DNA from: a virus
Reading direction: 5' to 3' (one strand)
Length of the DNA stretch: 64,000 bases
Virus record (IMG/VR): IMGVR_UViG_3300018059_000546
Part shown: positions 37,835 to 48,300 of the stretch, piece after piece
How positions within the stretch are numbered: the first letter of the stretch is position 1
Layout: each line of letters starts with the position of its first letter
The notes under the pieces: generated by a model
Seen by the model: only the letters and a program-made list of their open reading frames with translations
Databases searched by the model: none
Told to the model about the DNA's origin: nothing
Position numbers and translations under genes: made by a program

Positions 37835-39745
37835 TCAAATGATGTTCATGTCCATCACGCTCACGCTTCCATAAAAATCGCTTCGGACCATCTTCTTGCC
37901 GTAGCGAGTCATGACGCCCTTACGCGGAGTGAAGTCCTCAGGAGCGAAGAGGGTCGGAGTCACGATGAGCGGGATGTACGGAGCGTACACATACCCGGTC
38001 TCAAGGTAGTGAGATCCCTTGTAGCCAATCAGAATCTTGGCGCGGGGGAAGTACGGATCCTTGTAGACGGTGAACCGGTTCGTCAGAGTACCGATTGGAT
38101 CGGTTCCGAGCGAGAAGGGCACACCCACCTGGCCATCCGAGTCGATCGACAGCTTGGGCCGGTAAAGGACCGTGCTTTCGAACATCGTCGAGACGTCAGG
38201 TCCGCAGACCACGAAGTTCGCGGCTCCACGAAGCGTCTTCTGGTGAATCTCGTTAGCAACGTCGATAATCGTTTCGACGAGGACTTCGTACCACTCACGG
38301 ACTGTACCAGTGAAGTTCGGACCAGGAGAGAGCGAAGAAGCGAGGTTGGCAGTCGCGCCGGTGACCTTGTTGACGAACTTACCAGGAGAACGGCTCCAGT
38401 AGTAGTTCGCACCAGAGGCCTGCGACAGGAGATCCAAAAGGATTTCACGGTCGATTTCAAGCGAGATCTGCTGAGACAGGATCTGAGTAAGCTCAACTTC
38501 TGCATCGAGCGAGAGGTAAGCGTTCATATCCTGAGCGAGTTCGGGAGACCAGCGAGCGCGGAGCTTACGGGTCGTAGTACCGATGGAGATCTGCTCGATC
38601 TTCATATCGATCTCAGGGATCGCCGGCGAAGGAGTCGCACCGAAATCGGACTCGAACGAGGGTACCGTGAGAGCTGAGCCGGTTCCACCGTCAACGCTCA
38701 GAGCATCGCTGATAACCATCGACATCGTGTTGTTTGCAGCAGCTGCGCCAACACCGAGGGGAGGAGTGACACCGCCGTTGGTCACTCGAAGAACGCACTG
38801 GACGTGAGTTCCGTTGAGTGGCGAGGGCGTGAAGGTTGTGCCGTCCCAGTTGCCGCGCTTGTTAAGGCGACGGAGGTTGAGAACGCCGCCACCAGCCTGA
38901 TATTGCTCACCCCAGGCGACCACACCCCCGTTACCGAACCCGAAGGCTGTAACTGCGAGCTGTTCTGGTGAGAGCATATCTGCGCCGAGCATCGTACCCG
39001 TGATTTCAGCAGCACGAACGTGCATGAACGTGAAGTCGAGGGTGTTAGCCGTGAGATCAGTCTCGAGCTTGCCGTCGAAGCCACAGAGGCGAGCGACAGT
39101 GCCCGTGAACTGCGTACCAGCGGTAACGATCGAACCCGAAGACCAAGCTTCGTTGGCTCCGATGAATGCACCGATATCACCGGGAGCAACGAACACAGTC
39201 GCCGCTTGACGATGAACCCGGCTGTAACCGGCACCAACGAGGTCGTACATACCACCGACAGCCAACGAACCGGACTGAACGCCGCGGCCTGCAGGGCTGT
39301 TGAAGATGGACTGACCCCGTGAATACGTCTCATTGGTAGAGCCGTTCAGAAGGGTGAGACCCGCGTCACCACCGACATTGCTGCCGTAGGTGTAGTCAAG
39401 GTAGAACACAAGACCTTGAGGAAGGTTCAGGGGCTGGATGGAGACGAGCTCGTTAGCAACGAGCGCTCCGAAGACTCTACGAACGATCGGGAACGCGATG
39501 GTCGTGAAACCAGCGAGCTGACCAGAGTTCGAAAGACCGGCTGCACCACCGGAGATACCCACGCTTTCACGCAGGAGCTGCATGCACTGGTTTTCCAGAA
39601 GCTGCGCCATTGACTCCCGACGGAGACCATCGAGGCCACGAAGAAGGCCCGTCTTGGACCACTTCTCGACGAGAGCAGTACGCTCCGTCTTCATGTTGCG
39701 TTGCTGCATATTTTCAGTCAACGCCTTGAGATCAAAATTCTTCAT
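37835..39745 (-). CDS. gp23: Major capsid protein (T4 gp23-like)
   Basis: EKWSKTGLL...LLENQ...AFPIVRRVF...VSIQPL..PQGLVFYLDY...TRKLRARWSPELAQD...EIDREI...GYVYAPYIPL...PRKGVMTRYG. Confidence 0.96.
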   Translation of the reverse strand: MKNFDLKALTENMQQRNMKTERTALVEKWSKTGLLRGLDGLRRESMAQLLENQCMQLLRESVGISGGAAGLSNSGQLAGFTTIAFPIVRRVFGALVANELVSIQPLNLPQGLVFYLDYTYGSNVGGDAGLTLLNGSTNETYSRGQSIFNSPAGRGVQSGSLAVGGMYDLVGAGYSRVHRQAATVFVAPGDIGAFIGANEAWSSGSIVTAGTQFTGTVARLCGFDGKLETDLTANTLDFTFMHVRAAEITGTMLGADMLSPEQLAVTAFGFGNGGVVAWGEQYQAGGGVLNLRRLNKRGNWDGTTFTPSPLNGTHVQCVLRVTNGGVTPPLGVGAAAANNTMSMVISDALSVDGGTGSALTVPSFESDFGATPSPAIPEIDMKIEQISIGTTTRKLRARWSPELAQDMNAYLSLDAEVELTQILSQQISLEIDREILLDLLSQASGANYYWSRSPGKFVNKVTGATANLASSLSPGPNFTGTVREWYEVLVETIIDVANEIHQKTLRGAANFVVCGPDVSTMFESTVLYRPKLSIDSDGQVGVPFSLGTDPIGTLTNRFTVYKDPYFPRAKILIGYKGSHYLETGYVYAPYIPLIVTPTLFAPEDFTPRKGVMTRYGKKMVRSDFYGSVSVMDMNII

Positions 39746-39784
39746 CGCTAATTTCCTAATATCAATCAGACTTCAGATAACCAC

Positions 39785-41542
39785 TCACTTAGTAGAGAGG
39801 CCGGCGAGCTCGAGCCAACGAGCAGTCTCCATACCCTCTGAGATGATGGGACGTTCTGAGGACGTGGTCGTTCTAGACGACGATCCCGCAGCTTTCGGCC
39901 GACGAGACACGTTTTCTCTGATCATTCCCTGATCACCATCTTCGAAAGCCTTCGTGAGACTTCCGTAGATTAGCTTCACCTCTCGCAAACTCATCGCTTC
40001 GTCAAGCCGATCAATAACCGTTACTTTTTGGTTTTTGGTCAGCCCGTCGCGTTGGAGGAGCTTATTTGCATGGATCAGCTTACTGTTGAGCAGATTAACT
40101 TCTGCCAACTGCTTGCGATAACCGTCAGCTTCCCGACGACTTTCAGCGAGCTCGGACTGGACAGCTTTATTCCTAGCAGCTGCTTCGTCCATCTTTTTCA
40201 GAGAAGGTCCGAGACGCCTGTTGGCGAGCTCTTTAATCTTCTCAAAGCGTTTCGCGGCGCGCTCAACGACTTTGCGGGCGCTCGCTTCATTCTTAGTTCC
40301 GACATGCTTAAGATACCATGCTTTCGACTCTTTCAAGTCACTAGAAGCAATAGTAAGCATACGATCGATGCTCTCGGGCTTGAGATGATTATCAGCTTGC
40401 TCACGACCTTTGTCGTCGCGCATGCGGCGGTTCTGCTGCTCTTCGACTTCGTCGCCTTCGCAGGCCTCGTCCTCTTCACCTTCGCCGAGACGTTCTAGAT
40501 CGCTATCAAGCCAGGGATCGCCCTCAGACGAGCCACCACCGAAGTTATCGAGAACTTCAGCTCCAACTCCACCCTTGGATCCGGGAGTCTTAGGAAGCTT
40601 ACCCTTCTTCGATTCCTTCACAGAGGCGATAGCTTTACGAAGCATGGGAATAGAAACTTCGACGACGGTATCGTCATGAAGAATTTCGTTCTCATCGTCA
40701 TCTGATCCTTCGCTGTCATCCGATCCTTCGCTATAGACTGATTCGCCCATACCAGGAACGGTCGGAGGGCCCGGAGGAGGCTCGCCGCCGTCCGGAGGAG
40801 CACCCATATCGTCGGTGGGGAGTCCATCTTCATCACCGAGTGGATCCTCATCTGAGATGATATCGATGTTGAGGTTTTCAAGCTCGACGTCATCGGGGAG
40901 GCCGGTAATACGAAGGGTAACATCCTTCTCTTCAGAAACGAGTTCTTTCATCTTCATCTTCGACTCCCTAAAGGAATTCAGTAATCCGTAACAGGTCTCA
41001 AGTTTCTCTTCGAGCTTGGGCTTGTTCTCGACACTGTTCTCCTGTAGATATGAATAGATATCCTCAATTTTGCGAATTGTGGTATTCAATTCGTCAGAGT
41101 TCATTGTCCGAGCGCCAGTAATGACTTCGTTTATGTTATCGTATGTTTTATAGACTTCTGCAACGATTCTATCCATCAGTGCAGGTCCAGCAAGCTTAGA
41201 GAGATGGAAAAGAGGTTCGTAAGATTCGTCCTTGACTTCGAACGACTCTTTCGTCGTTTCGTCACTTTCAGAATCGTCCCCTGCCTCTCCTCCACCAGAA
41301 CCTGACGTCTGTCCTGTTCCTGACGTTGCGCCAGTCATTTCTGGATGAGACGAACCAAGTGACCCTCCGGCGAATCCATTCTCATCAAGAGAATCTTCAT
41401 CGGTGTTTCCGGAAAGGTTTCTCTCAATGAGGTCTTTCAACTTGGGTGTGAGACTGTCGATGATAGTGTTGCGAGCATTCGCTTCCGCGACTTCACGCAA
41501 CTGCTTCATGTCATTGAGAGCTTCTTCGTAGACGGTCTTCAT
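39785..41542 (-). CDS. Prohead core/scaffold protein
   Basis: Acidic low-complexity protein directly upstream of the capsid gene. Conserved C-terminus EVNLLNSKLIHANKLL...REVKLIY...RWLELAGL. Confidence 0.75.
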   Translation of the reverse strand: MKTVYEEALNDMKQLREVAEANARNTIIDSLTPKLKDLIERNLSGNTDEDSLDENGFAGGSLGSSHPEMTGATSGTGQTSGSGGGEAGDDSESDETTKESFEVKDESYEPLFHLSKLAGPALMDRIVAEVYKTYDNINEVITGARTMNSDELNTTIRKIEDIYSYLQENSVENKPKLEEKLETCYGLLNSFRESKMKMKELVSEEKDVTLRITGLPDDVELENLNIDIISDEDPLGDEDGLPTDDMGAPPDGGEPPPGPPTVPGMGESVYSEGSDDSEGSDDDENEILHDDTVVEVSIPMLRKAIASVKESKKGKLPKTPGSKGGVGAEVLDNFGGGSSEGDPWLDSDLERLGEGEEDEACEGDEVEEQQNRRMRDDKGREQADNHLKPESIDRMLTIASSDLKESKAWYLKHVGTKNEASARKVVERAAKRFEKIKELANRRLGPSLKKMDEAAARNKAVQSELAESRREADGYRKQLAEVNLLNSKLIHANKLLQRDGLTKNQKVTVIDRLDEAMSLREVKLIYGSLTKAFEDGDQGMIRENVSRRPKAAGSSSRTTTSSERPIISEGMETARWLELAGLSTK

Positions 41543-41562
41543 TTAAGTCCTTGCAGCCTTTG

Positions 41563-42108
41563 TCATTGAGTGCGGCCCGGCCGCATACCAGGTGTGAGAG
41601 GTGAAGGAAGTTGACTTCCTTCGAACATCTCTTTAGAAGTTACGCTAGGAACAGTCGTTCCACCAATTCCGATCTGGACACCTGGTGCGACATCTTCTGC
41701 AGTTCTGAGGAAGGGCTCCACAGGTGCAGTACTTCCAGCGCCCGAAGGATCGGGAGACGACGTGTTAGGAGACCAAGCATTTCCAGGAGCGCCGATGCCA
41801 GTACCACCAGGTCCAAAAGGCCCATCAGGGATATTCGGGGCTGAATACGCAGGATCCGGGTTCTGGAAATTGAGGTAGACACCCTTCGGGAAGAGAATAG
41901 GGTCTGCTTCCTGTTTAGCGGGGGTGAGGAATTGATTCGCACGAGCATGGATATCAGCGGCAATGGTGAGCGTCGTGGGAGTCTTGAACAGCTGGTTCAA
42001 GAGTGAGTAACGCGACGCACCTAGCGCAGGAGGAGAATTTCCACCCGTAGACAGAGGAGCGCTCGGATCAACCGGTCGGTACCTCGTGTATTTGCCTTGT
42101 CCTGCCAT
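41563..42108 (-). CDS. Pro/Gly-rich hypothetical head-region protein
   Basis: 181 aa with GAGGA RBS. Within the head operon. Confidence 0.6.
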   Translation of the reverse strand: MAGQGKYTRYRPVDPSAPLSTGGNSPPALGASRYSLLNQLFKTPTTLTIAADIHARANQFLTPAKQEADPILFPKGVYLNFQNPDPAYSAPNIPDGPFGPGGTGIGAPGNAWSPNTSSPDPSGAGSTAPVEPFLRTAEDVAPGVQIGIGGTTVPSVTSKEMFEGSQLPSPLTPGMRPGRTQ

Positions 42109-42136
42109 GTTCTTATCCTCTCCTCTAACAGTTCAA

Positions 42137-42403
42137 TTACTCAGAAATTTTGCGAATAAGCTTTTGTTTGCGCTCGTCGAGAGACTTCAACCGAAGGCGA
42201 AGTTTGGTTTCTTCAACCTTGAGTGCCTTGAGCATGTCGATGTGTGACGCGAGGGTGTCAGCGTAATCGCCGCCATCCTTAAGCTCCTTCGTCTCCTTAG
42301 CTTTATCTTCGACAGATTTCAGTTTCTTTTCTTCGTGAAGCTTCGCCATCTCTTCGAGGACGATCTTGCGGAGCATATCAGGAGTCAACGTCTTGCGATT
42401 CAT
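42137..42403 (-). CDS. Small coiled-coil protein with N-terminal shared peptide
   Basis: MNRKTLTPDMLRKIVLEE. TAATTA upstream. Confidence 0.7.
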   Translation of the reverse strand: MNRKTLTPDMLRKIVLEEMAKLHEEKKLKSVEDKAKETKELKDGGDYADTLASHIDMLKALKVEETKLRLRLKSLDERKQKLIRKISE

Positions 42404-42462
42404 CTGGTAAACCTTCCCATCCGTTAATTATGCAGTTCTAGCAAAAGGTAACGACAAGTCGC

Positions 42463-42939
42463 TCATCGGCGTGAACGAGAGGCTGCTTTTACAGCTTCGT
42501 ATGGGTCAAACCCATCGTCGTAGTCGTTATCTTGACCAACTTCCATAGGACCTGTAGATTGGGTACGGGTGATGTGAGAGTATGGATCTGTTGCCCTAGA
42601 AGGAAGCGGTGTGTCTCCGAATGTCATCTTATCCCACGTAGAAGCCATTTCTCCGAGAACTTCTCCCTGTTTTTCAGCCTGGATCGAATCTTGGTACATT
42701 TTGTCGGCGGCTCGACGTCGAGAATCGCTAAACAACGACTTCAAAGGAGTTGGAATTCCCTCAGGGAGATCGTCTTCTTGCTGTCTGGACGGAAGTGCAA
42801 CTCTTGTAGACTCTCTGACAGCTTCTTTTTGTGGAAGATGGGCACGACCCGGGTTAGTCATGGTGGTGCTTCCGTCTAACAGGATTTCAATCAGACATTC
42901 TTTGATCAATGCCTTGAAATCTTCTCTTTTGATTTTCAT
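42463..42939 (-). CDS. Head-region protein with N-terminal shared peptide
   Basis: MKIKREDFKALIKECLIEIL. Confidence 0.7.
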   Translation of the reverse strand: MKIKREDFKALIKECLIEILLDGSTTMTNPGRAHLPQKEAVRESTRVALPSRQQEDDLPEGIPTPLKSLFSDSRRRAADKMYQDSIQAEKQGEVLGEMASTWDKMTFGDTPLPSRATDPYSHITRTQSTGPMEVGQDNDYDDGFDPYEAVKAASRSRR

Positions 42940-43412
42940 AGTACTTCTGTTCCTTTGTCAGCAATCGTGATGCCGTCCAAGTGGTCTACTTCATGCATGA
43001 TGATTTGGGCCTTGAGCCCGTCAGCAACTGCAATCTTATGATCTCCGGTCAACGTAGTATACGAATACCATAGAGATTTGGCGCGGTGAACTCTGAATCT
43101 ACGTCCTGGAAGAGATAAACAAGCCTCGATAACCTGTTCGAATTTCTTGCTAGTTTTTTTGATCCTGGGATTTAACATGACTAATGGTTTCGACAGAGCC
43201 GTACCAGCATGTTCATCAACAATTATGATCCTACGTAGAGAGCCGATCTGTGGGGCGGCGATGCCAACCCCTCCAGATTCAGCCAACTCTCCGAGCATTA
43301 CCTGAATGATCGCTTGAAGTTCTTCGTCTTCGAAATCTAGGACTTTGACTTCCTTCGAGCGCTCATTCAGAATAGCGTTCGGATACACAATTATCATCCG
43401 ATCCCTTGCCAA
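42936..43412 (-). CDS. def: Peptide deformylase
   Basis: Motif 1 GVGIAAPQIG, motif 2 EACLSLP, motif 3 HEVDHLDG. Confidence 0.93.
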   Translation of the reverse strand: MARDRMIIVYPNAILNERSKEVKVLDFEDEELQAIIQVMLGELAESGGVGIAAPQIGSLRRIIIVDEHAGTALSKPLVMLNPRIKKTSKKFEQVIEACLSLPGRRFRVHRAKSLWYSYTTLTGDHKIAVADGLKAQIIMHEVDHLDGITIADKGTEVL

Positions 43413-43798
43413 CCCAAGCTTCCGCTGCCGAGTGATCCTGTCAAAAGAGGCATTTGCTTCTCAGGAATTGTGGTACACCCAGCAAGAAAGCTGTAGTTCA
43501 CAGTTCCCGAATCCGCTCTAAAAAATACAGATTTGACCCTAACATCGAAAGTAACTGTACTACCAGACCTTATTAGGAAGTAGTTGTCTCCACCGTTACC
43601 ATTCACTCCGTTGAGAGTGAAACCCAAACGAAGTGTGCTAGGACCTGAGTTGTCGATTGTTATGTCTCGAGTTACGAAGGCAAAATCAATTCTTCGAGGA
43701 ACAGTATCAACAGTAAACGAAGAAGAAACTACGGGAATTCCCGAAGATTGGTATTCTGCAGTCCAGTTCCAGCCTGGTACTGGCGTATAATTTGCCAT
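43394..43798 (-). CDS. Probable virion structural beta protein
   Basis: EYQSSGIPVVSS...F.FVTR.I.I.N...LRLGF. Follows the prohead protease gene. Confidence 0.55.
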   Translation of the reverse strand: MANYTPVPGWNWTAEYQSSGIPVVSSSFTVDTVPRRIDFAFVTRDITIDNSGPSTLRLGFTLNGVNGNGGDNYFLIRSGSTVTFDVRVKSVFFRADSGTVNYSFLAGCTTIPEKQMPLLTGSLGSGSLGWQGIG

Positions 43799-43800
43799 TT

Positions 43801-44409
43801 TTACTTGTCTCCTCGTCTAGAGGTGATATCGTTCAATATACGATCAATTCGATCAGACTTTCGAAGAACCTTACGCAGGTCTGAATCTTCGATCTTGCGT
43901 CCTTCGGTGTAGAGGAAAGCTTGCGCCGTGGAAGGTTCTTGCACGAGATCAAAGGTGATCAAAACAAAATCGTCTCCGACCACGTTGTAATCTCCTTCCT
44001 TCTTAGTAGAACCAACTCCTCTTGAAGAGATTCCAAGCTTGACGCCTCCTTCAACCAGCTCTTGCGCAATCTTGCCGCTCGGAGTGTTTAGCAGTTCAAG
44101 CACTCCAAAAACGTCGTCTCCTTCCATGCGAACTTCTCGCATGATATGAGAAACATTCTTCAGATTGATGATTGAACTATCGGGATGATCAAGCTCTCCG
44201 GTCGCTCGACTTTCAGCGATGAATTTCTGGTAGTTGCGAATCTCTCGTCCGAGAATTTCCCGAGGATAAACTCGTCCATTCTGGTTCAGAGAATCGGCAC
44301 GTTGAATGATGCCGCTGAGACGGATCTTCGCTCCTGCTTCCTTCGCTTCTTTAATCTGCTGGGGATCGTAATCCAGGGCAGTCCATTCTGTCAGTAGGTT
44401 ACGCATCAC
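43801..44409 (-). CDS. gp21: Prohead core protease (T4 gp21-like)
   Basis: NQNGRVYPREIL, GELDHP, VSH, TPSG, GISSRGVGS, FDLVQEPST. Confidence 0.93.
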   Translation of the reverse strand: MMRNLLTEWTALDYDPQQIKEAKEAGAKIRLSGIIQRADSLNQNGRVYPREILGREIRNYQKFIAESRATGELDHPDSSIINLKNVSHIMREVRMEGDDVFGVLELLNTPSGKIAQELVEGGVKLGISSRGVGSTKKEGDYNVVGDDFVLITFDLVQEPSTAQAFLYTEGRKIEDSDLRKVLRKSDRIDRILNDITSRRGDK

Positions 44410-45284
44410 TCCTCGCTTCCAAGTTCATCATGCAGTTTAGCGCAATCCATCAGATCTACGAACCAATTCTCGTTCGTTCCCATTGCAGAGATTCCCAAGA
44501 GAGATCCATCAATGATGGTCTCCTTAAGACTGATCAATTTCTTGACCTCGTAGTCTTGGGACGACCTGTCTCGAATGTATACGTCAATTCGTTCCAGCAG
44601 TCCCTTTGTCATCTGTTCGACGATCGGAAGGAATTGGGGACATGCGCTGTCTTTTCCTCCCATGAGAATGTATTCTTTCATTATTGTGCGTTGCAGAGCT
44701 GTCAGAGAATTTCCGTACTTTTCCTCAAGTTTACGAGACATGATTCGAAGAATGAGTCGATCTTCTCCTGCATTTCCCTTCATCTCTTCGAGCTTCTTAG
44801 GAGAATCTTTTCTTTCCTGCAACCAAGTCACGATCTGATCTTCGTATTCGGCTAAGCGAATCAAATCGATATCACGAGGATCCTTCCGCCAATCATTGAT
44901 CAACGTCTGGACTGTCGCTATGGTTTTATAAAGAGGCACTGGACGATCCCAGAACAGAGGATCTTTGACCGTAGAGTGAATTTCCGTGATTAGTCTGAAT
45001 TTCTCTTCATTCAGTCTTTTCATATCGTGGGCTCGCGCAGCGCGTTTAGCCTCTGACAAGATCGATGCGGCTGTACCTGACGAGCTCACCGTCGCTTTCA
45101 CTAAAGATTCGGCCAAACGGTACTCTTTGTAGAGTTCCGTACCAGGACGATAGTGTTTCTTGATGATTCCTAAAGCTACCTTCGCCTCTGAATCTCGTCC
45201 TTCAACGAGAGCTGTGGACATCCACCGCACGAGGAATTCATAAACTAGGGCGCTGTTTCTCTTTTTTGAATGAGATTTTGACAT
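44406..45284 (-). CDS. Conserved hypothetical protein between portal and protease
   Basis: HSKKRNSALVYEFLVR...TELYKEYRL. TATTTA upstream. Confidence 0.65.
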   Translation of the reverse strand: MSKSHSKKRNSALVYEFLVRWMSTALVEGRDSEAKVALGIIKKHYRPGTELYKEYRLAESLVKATVSSSGTAASILSEAKRAARAHDMKRLNEEKFRLITEIHSTVKDPLFWDRPVPLYKTIATVQTLINDWRKDPRDIDLIRLAEYEDQIVTWLQERKDSPKKLEEMKGNAGEDRLILRIMSRKLEEKYGNSLTALQRTIMKEYILMGGKDSACPQFLPIVEQMTKGLLERIDVYIRDRSSQDYEVKKLISLKETIIDGSLLGISAMGTNENWFVDLMDCAKLHDELGSEE

Positions 45285-45348
45285 TCGTGCCAATTTCCTT
45301 CTGTAGATCTACGTCAGATAAATAGTTCAGAACACTCGAATGTACTTC

Positions 45349-48300
45349 TCATGCTTTTTCTACGATGTCAGTATCATCAAAATCATCCAAGTCGATCTCT
45401 TCAGCATTTTCGCTAAGTACTGTAGCGTTTGTAACCTTCTTAGATTCGAGCTTTGCCTTCATTCTCTCGAGAGCATGACGAAGATCCTGCGACAAACCAG
45501 GATCGTCACCATTCAAGAATGGATCGATATGAAGAGCGTATTCTTTAGTTTCAGAGACAGCTCCCAATTTAGAGAATGATTTCATGAATGACGAATCGGT
45601 CGGATCCTTCATTTCAGGAGTGTCATTTCCAGTCATACGAGACAGGTCCGGCATCCCATGCGTAGTAGAACCATCGTGTCGTCGGCGCTTTTTGTTATAT
45701 AGAAGCCTATCCAGGTGGGTCTGCACCTTGACAGGGGAGTCGTCATCCTTCATAGACAATCGAATTGGTGCATCCGTAGTATCACTCGGGTCGTCGTGCG
45801 CAAGAACAAGGTCGTTACCCCGATATTCACCCGCCGTGACAACTTCTGATCCTGCGAGCGATGGGGACCCGCTAGGGGCCCCTCCCATATCGGGAGTTCC
45901 ACCGGACAGATCTTCGCCACCAAGATCCATGCCTTCGTCCGTTTCTCCACCACCGCCAAGAGAAGCAGCTTCGCGGGCGGCAGCACCCTGAGCATCATCA
46001 AGAATCTCCTTTTCGACCTGGACAATCTCTTCTGGAGTCATTCCCATGACATTCAAACGGAGCCAATCCCTTGAAAGGAGACCTTCAGGAGACGTTCCCA
46101 TGATTTCGAACTTAGAACGAATGAGCTCAAGTTTCTGCTGCTGAGCAACAGATGAGGGATTCGACAAGCGCAGGCTAAAGTTTACTAGATCCTGATCAGA
46201 GTATCCTGCTACTGCAAGATGGACCATGGCCAACTTGTTCAATTCTGAGATGATTGTCCTTTGAATCATAGAAATCGTGCGACTAAAGCGAACATCGATC
46301 TGCGCCAGAGAAGCTTTGCTTCCTAGAGCTTCTTCGAACCCAAGGTACGCCTTTGGAACCTGCAATGCGGCGAACAACTTCTTCTGAATGTATTCGACAT
46401 CGTTAACTGTTCCAACGTTTTCTCCACCCTTAAGAGTGTCGATTCTAGTTCCGGACTCCGTTCCTCTAACTGGAAGGAAGTAGTCTTCCTCAATTGAGAG
46501 GGGTGAGTATCTTTGGTCTGTTCGTCCTGAAGCTTGATCGGACACAAGAGCTCCACGAAGGGTGGTCTTCACCTGCTCCATATAGTGACCAACCTCGTCG
46601 GGTGGGATAGCTCCAATATCGATGTAGAAGACTCTTCGTTCAGGAGAACGAGTAATCCGGTACGTAAGCATTGCATCTTCGATGAGAATCAACTGACGCC
46701 AAATGCGTCTCGCACCTTCGACGACAGATGATCCGTAAGGAAGGAACATGTCGTTACCGAGAAGGCGCATGTGCGTGACTTCCCAGTTATCCAATTCTTT
46801 GTTCTTGTCTACCCATCGAAATTTGATAGCGAACGGATCATTTGGATCGTAATTCTCGACCCTTTCGATATGATTAACAGGAATCGGAACAGCATTCACA
46901 ACCCCTAATTCTGGATCGACGTCATTGAGAAGAAATGCATCACCGTACTTGCAGAGGTTTCTAACCCACGGTCGGAGGTTGAATTCAATGTTCAAGTTGT
47001 TGTAGAAGAGATCTTCGAGGACACTTCTAATCTTACTGTTCGTAGAATAGATGTGAAGAACTCTACCCTTCTCATCACTGGAACATGTTTCATCTGCGTA
47101 CAGGTTCAAGCATGCATTTAATTCAGGAGTGTTGTGAGAAATTACAGTTGACGTCGCGAAATTCTTGTAACCGTCAACTGTTAGATCGTATAGATCGATT
47201 TCTCCATAGTATTCGACTGAAACGACCTTCATGTTCTCGTAGGTAGCGGTAAACTCTTTGTAGTTCTTGTATCCTCTGAGCTGGATGCGTTTTTCGACCT
47301 TACACCTCGAATACCCCATCTTCGCAGCGAGTTGTTTGAGGTTCATTCCCTTTTCGTAAGCTGCACAAACTGTTTCGAATGTGATGCTCTTATCGAATTT
47401 CGGATTGCTTTCTGCCTGGTTATCCCACCCACCATTTCTCCAACCGGGAGAATACGCTTTGGCGAAAGTAGAAAAATTCTTGAACCCTTTTTCTTCCAAT
47501 CTATTTCCAATTACACTTAGATGAGCATCAAGAGCTTCCTGTAGTTTGTTGATGTTGAAACCAACACGCTCGCATGTTTCGAGAATTCTTCCAAAAGTGA
47601 TGTCATGACGCTTGACAGGATTGTGGTTTTTCATGAACTCAGAATGGTTCTTTTTGAACTTATCGATCCATTCTTGGTTTTCAGGGGCCCACTTTTTTCC
47701 ATTGACGATACGAGCATGATAGGCACGATGCTCTGCATCATCCATGATGAGAAGATTACTAGGAGTGTTATCAGATTTCTTGAAGTTGATGTGATGAACA
47801 ACTTCTGTTTCTGCAACTTCCCGGCCGGCGACAAACTCAGCTACGAGATTGTGTTCAGATTGCCATCCGTTGTAACCTCTGTCAGACATCGTGTACACCC
47901 AACGATATCCAGTTGTTTCTGCTTCTTCTTTCCTAGCATACAAGTCTCTTCGATAGAACGGCATCATGGCCATCCCAGTCTTCAGTTCTCCGAGCTTACA
48001 ATAGGTTCCGTCCCGTAACATCAAACGATGTTCGAAAGATCCGATGATTTCCTGTCCATCGTCGAACGTAACTTTCCACGATTTATCTGTCGTAGTTTTT
48101 CGAGCCTGTTTTCCAAGTGTTGGAACGATATGGCCTTTCTCATGGTTATAAGCATAGACGATGAACGTTTTATCAGGATTTTTCTCACACTCCTCAGCAA
48201 GCTTTCCGATTTCTACGAACCCATCTTCGTATTCTGGAGATGCTATAAGTGTATGATATGATAGGCACATTTCCATTTCGCAATAGTCCTGATACCTCGA

